Under the pieces are notes generated by a model, which was not told where the DNA came from, made no database searches, and saw nothing but the letters and a program-made list of their open reading frames with translations. DNA of 64,000 nucleotides from Tubiluchus corallicola (Eukaryota; Animalia; Priapulida): positions 1 to 64,000 of the forward strand of contig JAQGDQ010000463.1 of the NCBI GenBank assembly GCA_030141605.1. Reading direction: 5' to 3'. Of this stretch, positions 1 through 11,407 are shown piece by piece (the stretch's first letter is position 1; each line of letters starts with the position of its first letter). Made by a program: the position numbers and the translations under genes.

Positions 1-3000
1 TATTGCCTGTAGAAGTTTTTTGATACTTGAGATTGGCGGAATATGTTTTCTGTCCAGATGTTTTAGACTGCTTTAGATGAGTTGTGATAGATGCTTTAAT
101 TCGTTTTCCTACTTTTAGAACCAGACGCTTAAGTTTGGCTATGCATGTCTTGGGTCAAGCTAATTGAGACTGCCTGTGTTTGTCTCTGTTAAGATGCTTG
201 ACTTTGCCTGTAGCACTCTTTTGCCTGGTACTTGAGACCGGCAGTGCATTTTGTTCTGCAGATTTCTCCTGATCAGGTACATGAGAGTGAGAATAGAGCT
301 GCTATTACCAGACGCTTACGTTTGGTCATATATGTCCTCTGAGAAGCTGATTGAGGATATCTGTGTATGTCTCTGTTAAGATTAGCGGAATATGTTTTCG
401 CTGACAAGGCGCTTAGTATGGCCTGCAGAATCTTTTGATACTTGAGATTTGCGGAATATGTTTTCTGTCCAGATGTTTTAGACTGCTTTAGATAAGTTGT
501 GATAGATGTGACAAGCTAATTGAGGCTATCTGTGTGTGTGTCTCTGTTAAGATGCGTGGCATTGCCTTTAGAACTTTTCTGCCATATACTTAAAATTAGC
601 AGTACATTTCTTCTGTTCAGATGATTGGGACTGCTCTAGATGAGTTCTGGCTAGATGTTTTAAATCGTTATCCAAGCTTTAGAACCAGACGCTCAAGTTT
701 GGCTATGCATGTCTTGTGACAAGCTAATTGAGGCTATCTGTTAAGACGCTTAGAATTGCCGGTAGAAGTCTTTTGCCGGTATACTTGAAATTAGCAGTAT
801 ATGTTTTCTGTCCAGATGTTTGAGATTGCTTTAGATGAGTTCTGAACCAGATGCTGCAATTTGATTGTAGATCGTGACAGATTAATGGGATTGGATATGG
901 ATATCTTGAGACTTGAAGTCTCAGCAGATGTTTTAGATTGCTTGTAGGTATCGTACCAAACGGCTGAATTCGCCTGTTTCTATGCCATCGTACCAAACGA
1001 TGAGATTCCTGCAGATTTCTGCTGATCAAGTACATGAGAGTGAGAATAGAGCTGCTATTACCAGATGCTTACGTTTGGTCATATATGTCCTCTGAGAAGC
1101 TGATTGAGGATATCTGTGTATGTCTCTGTTAAGGCGCTTAGTATTGCCTGTAGAAGTCTTTTGATACTTGAAATTAGCGGAATATGTTTTCTATCCAATG
1201 TCTCTGTTAAGACGCTTACTAATGCCTGTAGCACTTTTTTGTCAGATACTTGAGACTGGCAGTACATTTTTTGTATCCAGATGTTTTAGACTGCTTTAGA
1301 TAAGTTGTGATAGATGCTTTAATTCGTTTTCCAACTCTTAGAACCAGACGCTTAAGTTTGGCTATGCTTGTCTTGGGTCAAGCTAATTGAGGCTGCCTGT
1401 GTTTGTCTCCGTTAAGATGCTTGATTTTGCCTGTAGAGCTGTCATTACCAGATGCTCAAGTTTGGCCTCATATGTCCTCTGACAAGTTGACTGAGGCTGT
1501 CTGTGTATGTCTCTGTTAAGACGCTTACTAATGCCTGTAGCACTCTTTTGCCTGATACTTGAGACCGGCAGTGCATTTCTGCAGATTTCTCCTGATCAGG
1601 TACATGAGAGTGAGAATAGAGCTGCTATTACCAGACGCTTACGTTTGGTCATATATGTCCTCTGAGAAGCTGATTGAGGATATCTGTGTATGTCTCTGTT
1701 AAGGCGCTTAGTATTGCCTGTAGAAGTCTTCTGCCATATAGTTGAGAATAGCAGTACATTTCTTCTGTTCAGATGATTAGGACTGCTCTAGATGAGTTCT
1801 GACTAGATGTTTTAAATAGTTTTCCGAGCTTTAGAACCAGACGCTCAAGTTTGGCTATGCATGTCTTGTGACAAGCTAATTGAGGCTATCTGTGTGTGTG
1901 TCTCTGTTAAGACGCTTAGCATTGCCGGTAAAAGTCTTTTGACGGGATACTTGAGATCGGCAATGCATTTCTGCAGATTTCTCCTGATCAGGTACACGAG
2001 ATTGAGAATAAAACTGACATTTCCAGAAGCTTAAGTTTGGCCATATATGTCCTCTGAGAAGCTGATTGAGGATATATGTGTATGTCTCTGTTAAGGCGCT
2101 TAGTATTGCCTGTAGAAGTCTTTTGATACTTGAGATTAGCGGAATATGTTTTCTGTCCAGATGTTTTAGACTGCTTTAGATAAGTTGTGATAGATGCTTT
2201 AATTCGTTTTCCTACTCTTAGAACCAGACGCTTAAGTTTGGCTACGCATGTCTTGGGTCAAGCTAATTGAGACTGCCTTGTGTTTGTCTCTGTTAAGATG
2301 CTTGATTTTGCCTGTAGAACTGTCATTACCAGATGCTTACGTTTGGTCATATATGTCCTCTGAGAAGCTTATTGAGGATATCAGTGTATGTCTCTGTTAA
2401 GGCGCTTAGTATGGCCTGTAGAATCTTTTGATACTTGAGATTAGCGGAATATGTTTTCTGTCCAGATGTTTTAGACTGCTTTAGATAAGTTGTGATAGAT
2501 GCTCTAATTCGTTTTCCTACTCTTAGAACCAGACGCTTAAGTTTTGCTACGCATGTCTTGGGTCAAGCTAATTGAGACTGCCTTGTGTTTGTCTCTGTTA
2601 AGATGCTTGATTTTGCCTGTAGAACTGTCATTACCAGATGCTTACGTTTGGTCATATATGTCCTCTGAGAAGCTTATTGAGGATATCAGTGTATGTCTCT
2701 GTTAAGGCGCTTAGTATTGCCTGTAGAAGTCTTTTGATACTTGAGATTAGCGGAATATGTTTTCTGTCCAGATGTTTTAGACTGCTTTAGATAAGTTGTG
2801 ATAGATGCTTTAATTCGTTTTCCTACTTTTAGAACCAGACGCTTAAGTTTGGCTATGCATGTCTTGGGTCAAGCTAATTGAGACTGCCTGTGTTTGTCTC
2901 TGTTAAGATGCTTGACTTTGCCTGTAGCACTCTTTTGCCAGGTACTTGAGACTGGTAGAACATTTTTTGTATCAAGACCTGCAGATTTCTGCTGATCAAG

Positions 3001-6000
3001 TACATGAGAGTGAGAATAGAGCTGCTATTACCAGATGCTTACGTTTGGTCATATATGTCCTCTGAGAAGCTGATTGAGGATATCTGTGTATGTCTCTGTT
3101 AAGGCGCTTAGTATTGCCTGTAGAAGTCTTTTGATACTTGAAATTAGCGGAATATGTTTTCTATCCAATGTCTCTGTTAAGACGCTTACTAATGCCTGTA
3201 GCACTTTTTTGTCAGATACTTGAGACTGGCAGTACATTTTTTGTATCCAGATGTTTTAGACTGCTTTAGATAAGTTGTGATAGATGCTTTAATTCGTTTT
3301 CCAACTCTTAGAACCAGACGCTTAAGTTTGGCTATGCTTGTCTTGGGTCAAGCTAATTGAGGCTGCCTGTGTTTGTCTCCGTTAAGATGCTTGATTTTGC
3401 CTGTAGAGCTGTCATTACCAGATGCTCAAGTTTGGCCTCATATGTCCTCTGACAAGTTGACTGAGGCTGTCTGTGTATGTCTCTGTTAAGACGCTTACTA
3501 ATGCCTGTAGCACTCTTTTGCCTGATACTTGAGACCGGCAGTGCATTTCTGCAGATTTCTCCTGATCAGGTACATGAGAGTGAGAATAGAGCTGCTATTA
3601 CCAGACGCTTACGTTTGGTCATATATGTCCTCTGAGAAGCTGATTGAGGATATCTGTGTATGTCTCTGTTAAGGCGCTTAGTATTGCCTGTAGAAGTCTT
3701 CTGCCATATAGTTGAGATTAGCAGTACATTTCTTCTGTTCAGATGATTACGACTGCTCTAGATGAGTTCTGACTAGATGTTTTAAATAGTTTTCCGAGCT
3801 TTAGAACCAGACGCTCAAGTTTGGCTATGCATGTCTTGTGACAAGCTAATTGAGGCTATCTGTGTGTGTGTCTCTGTTAAGACGCTTAGCATTGCCGGTA
3901 AAAGTCTTTTGACGGGATACTTGAGATCGGCAATGCATTTCTGCAGATTTCTCCTGATCAGGTACACGAGATTGAGAATAAAACTGACATTTCCAGAAGC
4001 TTAAGTTTGGCCATATATGTCCTCTGAGAAGCTGATTGAGGATATATGTGTATGTCTCTGTTAAGGCGCTTAGTATTGCCTGTAGAAGTCTTCTGATACT
4101 TGAGATTAGCGGAATATGTTTTCTGTCCAGATGTTTTAGACTGCTTTAGATAAGTTGTGATAGATGCTTTAATTCGTTTTCCTACTCTTAGAACCAGACG
4201 CTTAAGTTTGGCTACGCATGTCTTGGGTCAAGCTAATTGAGACTGCCTTGTGTTTGTCTCTGTTAAGATGCTTGATTTTGCCTGTAGAACTGTCATTACC
4301 AGATGTTTACGTTTGGTCATACATGTCCTCTGAGAAGCTTATTGAGGATATCAGTGTATGTCTCTGTTAAGGCGCTTAGTATGGCCTGTAGAATCTTTTG
4401 ATACTTGAGATTAGCGGAATATGTTTTCTGTCCAGATGTTTTAGACTGCTTTAGATAAGTTGTGATAGATGCTCTAATTCGTTTTCCTACTCTTAGAACC
4501 AGACGCTTAAGTTTTGCTGCGCATGTCTTGGGTCAAGCTAATTGAGACTGCCTTGTGTTTGTCTCTGTTAAGATGCTTGATTTTGCCTGTAGAACTGTCA
4601 TTACCAGATGCTTACGTTTGGTCATATATGTCCTCTGAGAAGCTTATTGAGGATATCAGTGTATGTCTCTGTTAAGGCGCTTAGTATTGCCTGTAGAAGT
4701 CTTTTGATACTTGAGATTAGCCGAATATGTTTTCTGTCCAGATGTTTTAGACTGCTTTAGATAAGTTGTGATAGATGCTTTAATTCGTTTTCCTACTTTT
4801 AGAACCAGACGCTTAAGTTTGGCTATGCATGTCTTGGGTCAAGCTAATTGAGACTGCCTGTGTTTGTCTCTGTTAAGATGCTTGACTTTGCCTGTAGCAC
4901 TCTTTTGCCAGGTACTTGAGACTGGTAGAACATTTTTTGTATCAAGACCTGCAGATTTCTGCTGATCAAGTACATGAGAGTGAGAATAGAGCTGCTATTA
5001 CCAGATGCTTACGTTTGGTCATATATGTCCTCTGAGAAGCTGATTGAGGATATCTGTGTATGTCTCTGTTAAGACGCTTAGCATTGACGGTAGAAGTCTT
5101 TTGCCGGGATACTTGAGATCGGCAATGCATTTCTGCAGATTTCTCCTGATCAGGTACATGAGATTGAGAATAAAACTGCCATTATCAGATGCTGAAGTTT
5201 GGCCTAATATGTCCTCTGACAAGCTGACTGAGGCTGTCTATGCATGTCTCTGTTAAGACGCTTAGTAGTGCCTGTAGCAGTCTTTTGCCAGATACTTGAG
5301 ACCGGTAGTTCATTTTTTGTATCCAGATGTTTGACATTGCTTTAAGTCAGTTCTGACTATATGTTTTAATTTGTTTTTCAAGCCTTAGAACCAAACACTT
5401 CAGTCTGGCTATGTATGTCTTGTTACAAGCTAATTGAGTCTATCTGTGTGTGTCTTTGTTAAGATCCTTGGCATTGCCTGTAGAAGTCTTCTGCCATATA
5501 CTTGAAATTAGCAGTACATTTCTTCTGTTCAGATGATTGGGACTGCTCTAGATGAGTTCTGACTAGATGTTTTAAATAGTTTTCCGAGCTTTAGAACCAG
5601 ACGCTCAAGTTTGGCTATGCATGTCTTGTGACAAGCTAATTGAGGCTATCTGTGTGTGTGTCTCTGTTAAGACGCTTAGCATTGCCTGTAGAAGTCTTCT
5701 ACCATATATTTGAAATTAGGAGTACATTTCTTCTGTTCAGATGATTGGGACTGCTCTAGATGAGTCCTGACTAGATGTTTTAAGTCGTTTTCCAAGCTTT
5801 AGAACCAGACGCTCAAGTTTGGCTATGCATGTCTTGTTACAAGCTAATTGAGGCTATCTGTGTGTGTGTCTCTGTTAAGACGCTTGACTTTGCCGGTAGA
5901 ACTGTCATTACCAGATGCTCAAGTTTGGCCTCATATGTTATCTGACAAGCTAATTGAGGCTATCTGTGTGTGTGTCTCTGTTAAGACGCTTAGAATTGCC

Positions 6001-6950
6001 GGTAGAAGTCTTTTGCCGGGATACTTGAAATTAGCAGTATATGTTTTCTGTCCAGATGTTTGAGATTGCTTTAGATGAGTTCTGAACCAGATGCTGCAAT
6101 TTGATTGTAGATCGTGACAGATTAATGGAATTGGATATATATATCTTGAGACTTGAAATCTTAGTAGATGTTTTAGATTGCTTGTAGGTGTCATCGTACC
6201 AAACGGCTGAAATTGCATGTATCTATGTCATCGTACCAAACGGCTGAAAGTGCCTGTATCTATGCCATCGTACCAAACAATGAGATTCCTGCAGATTTCT
6301 GCTGATCAAGTACATGAGAGTGAGAATAGAGCTGCTATTACCAGATGCTTACGTTTGGTCATATATGTCCTCTGAGAAGCTGATTGAGGATATCTGTGTA
6401 TGTCTCTGTTAAGGCGCTTAGTATTGCCTGTAGAAGTCTTTTGATACTTGAAATTAGCGGAATATGTTTTCTGTTCAGATGTTTTAGACTGCTTTAGATA
6501 AGTTGTGATAGATGCTTTAATTCGTTTTCCTACTCTTAGAACCAGACGCTTAAGTTTGGCTATGCATGTCTTGGGTCAAGCTAATTGAGACTGCCTGTGA
6601 TTGTCTCTGTTAAGACGCTTACTAATGCCTGTAGCACTCTTTTGCCTGATACTTGAGACTGGTAGAACATTTTTGTATCCAGATGTTTGAGATTGCTTTA
6701 GATGAGTTCTGGTTAGATGTTTTTATTTGTTTTCCAAGCCTTAGAACCAAACGCTTCAGTCTGGCTATGCATGCCTTGTGACAAGCTAATTGAGGCTATC
6801 TGTGTATGTGTCTCTGTTAAGACGCTTAGCATTGACGGTAGAAGTCTTTTGCCGGGATACTTGAGACCGGCAGTGCATTTCTGCAGATTTCTCCTGATCA
6901 GGTACATGAGAGTGAGAATAGAGCTGCTATTACCAGATGCTTACGTTTGG
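1..6950 (-). repeat. Complex satellite array: diverged ~35-bp monomers in ~305-bp units and a 1970-bp higher-order repeat
   Basis: Anchor cctgcagatttctgctgatcaag recurs at 1008, 2978, 4948 (period 1970) and 6288. ttagaaccagacgcttaag recurs at ~2218, 2523, 2829. Example monomer: tgagattgctttagatgagttctgaaccagatgct (35 nt). The array runs off the window start. Confidence 0.95.
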
Positions 6951-8115
6951 TATATCTATTGTCGACCTTACCTATATGGCCAGAACGCATCTGCAGGCAC
7001 TAGTAATCAGGTCAGAAGACAATTACTGGTTGCATCAGTCGTCTGTTAGGAAAGTATTTAAGCATTTATAACTGACTATTCACAAGCATCTGATCAGAAG
7101 ACGTCGACAGGTAGTCTTAAGCAGCTAGTCACGAGATATCTACTCGCAAGCTCACGTATACGGACTGAAAACTTCTACAGGCAGTCTCAAGCTTCTTGTC
7201 AAAATACATCTATAAGCAACCTGAAGCAGCTCATCAGAAGACATCTAGAGCAATCTGCTATATCATGTATGAGACCAGAAGACTATCATTAGCCAATGAA
7301 GAGCACATTGTCAGAAGACGTACAAACACTCACAAGAACCTGGCCAAAAGTCTTCCACAGGAAATCTAATAGAAAACATCTATAGCTAATCGCAAACATT
7401 CCACCTAAAAATGTCTACAGACAGTCTTAAGCAGCTAGTCAGGATCAGTTCTATTAATCAAGTCAGGAGACCAGTACTGACAGCCTCAATCATCTGTCAG
7501 TAAAGCATCTATATATAACAATTCATAAGTATCTGGCCAGAATACGTCTACCCGCAACAATATTAAGCACTGGGTCACAGGACATCGACAGGGACGATTA
7601 AGCTAGTCAGGTGACATCTAGAGCAATCTGAAACATCTGAAAAAGAACATCTACTGCCAATATCAACTATCAGAGCAGAAGACACCTACAGGCAGCTTTG
7701 ACCAACCAGTCACGAGATATCTATTGTCGGCCTTACCTATATGGCCAGAACGCATCTACAGGCACTCTCAAGCTTCTAATCTGAAGTCATCTGCAGGCAC
7801 TAGTAATCAGGTCGGAAGACAATTACTGGTTGCATCAGTCATCTGTTAGGAAAGCATTTATAACTGACTATTCACAAGCATCTGATCAGAAGACGTCGAC
7901 AGGCAGTCTTAAGCATCTAGTCAGGAGATATCTACTGTCAATCTCAAGCATGTAGCCAGAAAACTTCTACAGGCATTATCAAGCTTCTGGTCCAAAAGCA
8001 TCTGTAGGCACTAGTATTTAGGTCGGGAGACAATTGCAATCAGCGTGAATCATCAGCTAGGAAAACACTATAACTAATCGCAAACGTCCCACCAGAAAAT
8101 GTCTACAGAAAGTTC
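6951..8115 (+). repeat. Same ~35-bp satellite family in inverted orientation, more diverged
   Basis: Consecutive 35-mers aagcatctgatcagaagacgtcgacaggtagtctt / aagcagctagtcacgagatatctactcgcaagctc / aagcttcttgtcaaaatacatctataagcaacctg resemble the reverse complement of the left-array monomer. Block ~6951-7140 is repeated at ~7717-7930. Confidence 0.8.
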
Positions 8116-8119
8116 TAAA

Positions 8120-8290
8120 AAGGTTGTCCGGATACCTAAATCGTGAAACCAAATGTGCATTTAGCAAGCTTTCGTTATGTCATTTTCACTACTATTCTCC
8201 TATTTGGCATTTTACTGGTAAAACGAACACCACGAAGCTTGAAAAAATTCAAGAAAAAACTATCAGATTTGTTCTGATGGTTACTTAATG
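8120..8290 (+). mobile_element. CR1/L2-type LINE fragment (post-RT region)
   Basis: Manual translation HFHYYSPIWHFTGKTNTTKLEKIQEKTIRFV matches the Y(C)SPVW...KLEKIQ..A.RF block of CR1/L2 ORF2. Confidence 0.65.
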
Positions 8291-8306
8291 ATTAAGAAAA
8301 CCAAGT

Positions 8307-9405
8307 ATGCAAGGAGCTTGTAGGAAAAGAAGTGGCATTCAAAAATCAGGGGTAATCAGGCGCTCTGAATCGGTATGGTCAGCGCCAACAGTCTTAGTTC
8401 GCAAACGAGACGGCACCATCAGATTATCGCAAATTAAATCTCCAGACAGCTTTTCTTCCATATCCGATGCCAAGAGTCGACGACATTATCGATGAGATGC
8501 ACAGTGCACTCTGACTCCGATTGGCAGTCAATGTCTGCATTGGCCACTGACTTTGGAAAATTTGATTTCGTAGTAATGCAGTCTGGACTTATGAACTCGA
8601 CATTTACCTGCCAAGGTCTAGTAGATTGTATTTTTGAAACTGTGGCTCGTTTTGCCAGAGGACACATCGATGATATTGTAATTGTAAGTCCGCGTCTTGG
8701 CCTAAACATCTAAATCATCTGCGTCTGACACTGTCCTGCATCAGGCGAGCTGGTCTTACCCTAAAGCAAAAGAAACGTGGCCTTGCAATGCAAGAAACTA
8801 ATGTCCTTGGCTATGTCATTGGCAAAAATCGTTTGAGGCCACCGCCTAACAAGATTCTATGCATACACAACTTCCCACGTCCACAAAACAAGAAACAAGT
8901 GCGTGCCTACTTGGATCTTGTTGGCTTTTACCGTAGGTTTATTCCTATATTCAGTACCAAAGCTGCTCCTCTTTTTTAGCTACTTGAAAAAAGCGCTCCA
9001 ATCAAAGTTGAGTGGACAGAAGCCTGTGAGCGGAGTTTTGTGGAATTGCAAGACTGCCTTAGCTCCGACACTGTATTGCACTCTCCAGACTTCATGAAGC
9101 CTTTTATACTGACAACTGATGCATCTTTAAGTGGAGTATGTGGTGTGCTATCCCAAGAACAAAATGAACATGGCGAAGTACCTTTAACATACCTCAGTAG
9201 AAAATTAACTGTTACGGAGCGTAATTACAATGTGGTAGAAGTAGAGTGTCTAGCAGTTGTATACTGTGTGGAGAAATTGAGATACTGTCTGGAAGGGCGT
9301 AATTTTGCTATCTGAACTGGCCAGCGCAGATTGTTGGCGGTTCCATGCATTAAGCGTAGTAACGCCGGTTGTGTCACTGGTCGCTCATTCTTCAGGAGTA
9401 AAATT
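8307..9405 (+). mobile_element. Ty3/Gypsy pol remnant (RT + RNase H), frameshifted
   Basis: GVIRRSESVWSAPTVLVRKRDGTIRL; GHIDDIVI (YxDD equivalent); LGYVIG...FPRPQNKKQVRAYLDLVGFYRRFIP; PDFMKPFILTTDASLSGVCGVLSQ...YLSRKLTVTERNYNVVEVECLAVVYCVEKLR. Confidence 0.93.
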
Positions 9406-9413
9406 ATTAGGTT

Positions 9414-9696
9414 GGTTGTATAGTGGTAGTACGTGTGTGAGCGATGTGTGTAGCTGTTTATGGACGTTTGAGTAATGGCAAAGCTATAAGACTTGGATTA
9501 GGAAATAACACTTTTATTAAATAACATCACAATATAATAATGGTATAACAATGCCAAAAGCCCCTGATCTACGAGAGACGTCCTGTTCATGAGTGACTAG
9601 TCTCACCAAAGCCCTGCGGCGAGTTGGTGTCACGGCATCCCTGCCAGCTGCGTGCGCAGTCTGACAAATGGGTCAGATCGTCCCATACATACAACA
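9414..9696 (-). mobile_element. Possible LTR (solo or from another element)
   Basis: Ends ggttgtat...atacaaca form a near-perfect TGTTGTAT/ATACAACA inverted pair, and there is an AATAAA on the minus strand at ~9512. No TSD was found. Confidence 0.4.
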
Positions 9697-10209
9697 TAAT
9701 GTTTTTGTATACTTTTGTTTACTCGTTGTTTGCTGTGATGGCACTGTCTTGACATTCCAAGAAACAAATGCTTTGTAACCATATTTCTACCTGCAGAACA
9801 GGAATTTCGCTAGATAGTAGTGGAAACCTTTGTTGGGGAGTGTAAGACCAGTCGAGGGCCACATGATCGAAGTTCTGCTTGGACAAATGGCCTGTCTGCT
9901 TGTTCTGAACCAACGGTTCTGTTTGTCACTCTGTAAAAGGACGAAGTCTGGCTTTATTACATGCAGTTCTGAGGCAACCAGGCACGAGTTCAGCCACTGG
10001 ATTGCTGGAGCGTTTTCGAGGCATGGTTTGTACGAAGGCCAGATTGGTGACAATTGACAAAGAGTTGCTGGCGAGGGCATGCCTGACTACTGAAGAGGAA
10101 GCAGCTGACTGTGTACAGTCGGGGAGTATGATTACTAGATCCAAAACCCTGATGACAGACAGAAGCGTAGCTTTTGCGTTTTTACATTGTTGTTGTATAT
10201 GTTTATTTT

Positions 10210-11256
10210 TCAAGCATTTATTAAGATTATTAAATTGATTTCTCTTTTTTTATAATTGTTATGATTGCTTTTAGTTTTGTTCTTTTCCCATATATTATAC
10301 ATTCTGTTTTTCGCTATTCGTAGTTTGTCAAGTTCAGGTGTTGTCCAGGTACTTTCGTTATTGAGTTTGCTTTGTTGTGGGTTTTGCTTTACGTTTTTAT
10401 ATGGTGCATGTACATTAAGGCAATATTTGACATTATATGTCAGAATATTAACTTGTGTATCTATTTTATCAGTCATATATATGGAGGTCCAGTTCATTTT
10501 TGCTAAGTCGATCAAGTATGAATGTTTGTTGTATTGGGCGTAGTCTCTCATTAAATGCCAGACTGAATTTTGGTTATTGTTATACTGTGGGGTCATTTTA
10601 TCTACTAATATTGTGAAATGATGATCTGAATAATCACACGGAAAAGTATCATATGCTACGAAATTATTGTTACTATTCGAAATGAAATGGTCGATTACTG
10701 TGGCTGATGTTTTAGAAATTCGAGTAGGTTTATTGTTGTTAAGTATGTGGACATTATATTGTTTTAAGAGCTCTGTGTATGTTTTGTATGCCAGTGTGTT
10801 TGTAGTTAAAATATCAAGGTTGAAATCGCCCATTATAAGAACTTTTTTATTTTCGAAAACACTGCGTTCTCGTTCTTCAGTAAAGTATTTGAAAAATGTT
10901 TTGTGTTTGAGATTGGGTGGTCTATATATGGTTCCTATTACATAGTTTTCAATGCTGCACCAAACAGATTCAATCTTGCCGGTTCTGATGCCTTTCATTT
11001 CTTGTGGTCTCAGGTGTGAAGGTATATACATCGCAACCCCTCCACCTTTCTTATTTTTACATCTACCTCTTCTTATTAATGTGTGATTAGGTAATTCTAT
11101 AGTGTTGCTAAGTATTTGTTTATGTAGCCAAGTTTCTGTTATGCCTACAATCAGATTTTCGGTGGCGTGAATTGTATCTTTCAGTAGCCAGTGTTTTTTG
11201 ACGAGACTTTGAATATTTATATTTAGAAATTTGATGTTCTTTTTATAAGTAATCAT
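10210..11256 (-). CDS. LINE apurinic/apyrimidinic-like endonuclease domain plus linker (TE-encoded, truncated)
   Basis: 348-aa ORF with the APE motifs in order. Confidence 0.85.
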   Translation of the reverse strand: MITYKKNIKFLNINIQSLVKKHWLLKDTIHATENLIVGITETWLHKQILSNTIELPNHTLIRRGRCKNKKGGGVAMYIPSHLRPQEMKGIRTGKIESVWCSIENYVIGTIYRPPNLKHKTFFKYFTEERERSVFENKKVLIMGDFNLDILTTNTLAYKTYTELLKQYNVHILNNNKPTRISKTSATVIDHFISNSNNNFVAYDTFPCDYSDHHFTILVDKMTPQYNNNQNSVWHLMRDYAQYNKHSYLIDLAKMNWTSIYMTDKIDTQVNILTYNVKYCLNVHAPYKNVKQNPQQSKLNNESTWTTPELDKLRIAKNRMYNIWEKNKTKSNHNNYKKREINLIILINA

Positions 11257-11277
11257 GAATTTTTTTTAGCTCAACAC

Positions 11278-11318
11278 TGGTATTATTATTGTTGGTGTTA
11301 TTGTTATTGCTATTGTTG

Positions 11319-11356
<38 letters not shown>

Positions 11357-11357
11357 T
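11278..11357. repeat. (AAT/AAC)n microsatellite encoding poly-Asn
   Basis: tta/ttg triplet run on the plus strand. Confidence 0.95.
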
Positions 11358-11365
11358 GGCAAAAT

Positions 11366-11407
11366 GGGTCCAGGGTTAGTTTCGATACCACCAAGTATAA
11401 GTAGTAA
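11366..11407 (-). other. 2A-like (StopGo) peptide LLLILGGIETNPGP
   Basis: Minus strand reads tta cta ctt ata ctt ggt ggt atc gaa act aac cct gga ccc. It matches (D/G)(V/I)ExNPGP preceded by a Leu-rich helix. Confidence 0.8.

Noticed and set aside
724-7049. Short repeated ORFs in the satellite; also considered as a CRISPR-like array
   Set aside because: The monomer is ~35 bp (not a multiple of 3), stops are frequent, there are no unique spacers or cas genes, and the context is eukaryotic.
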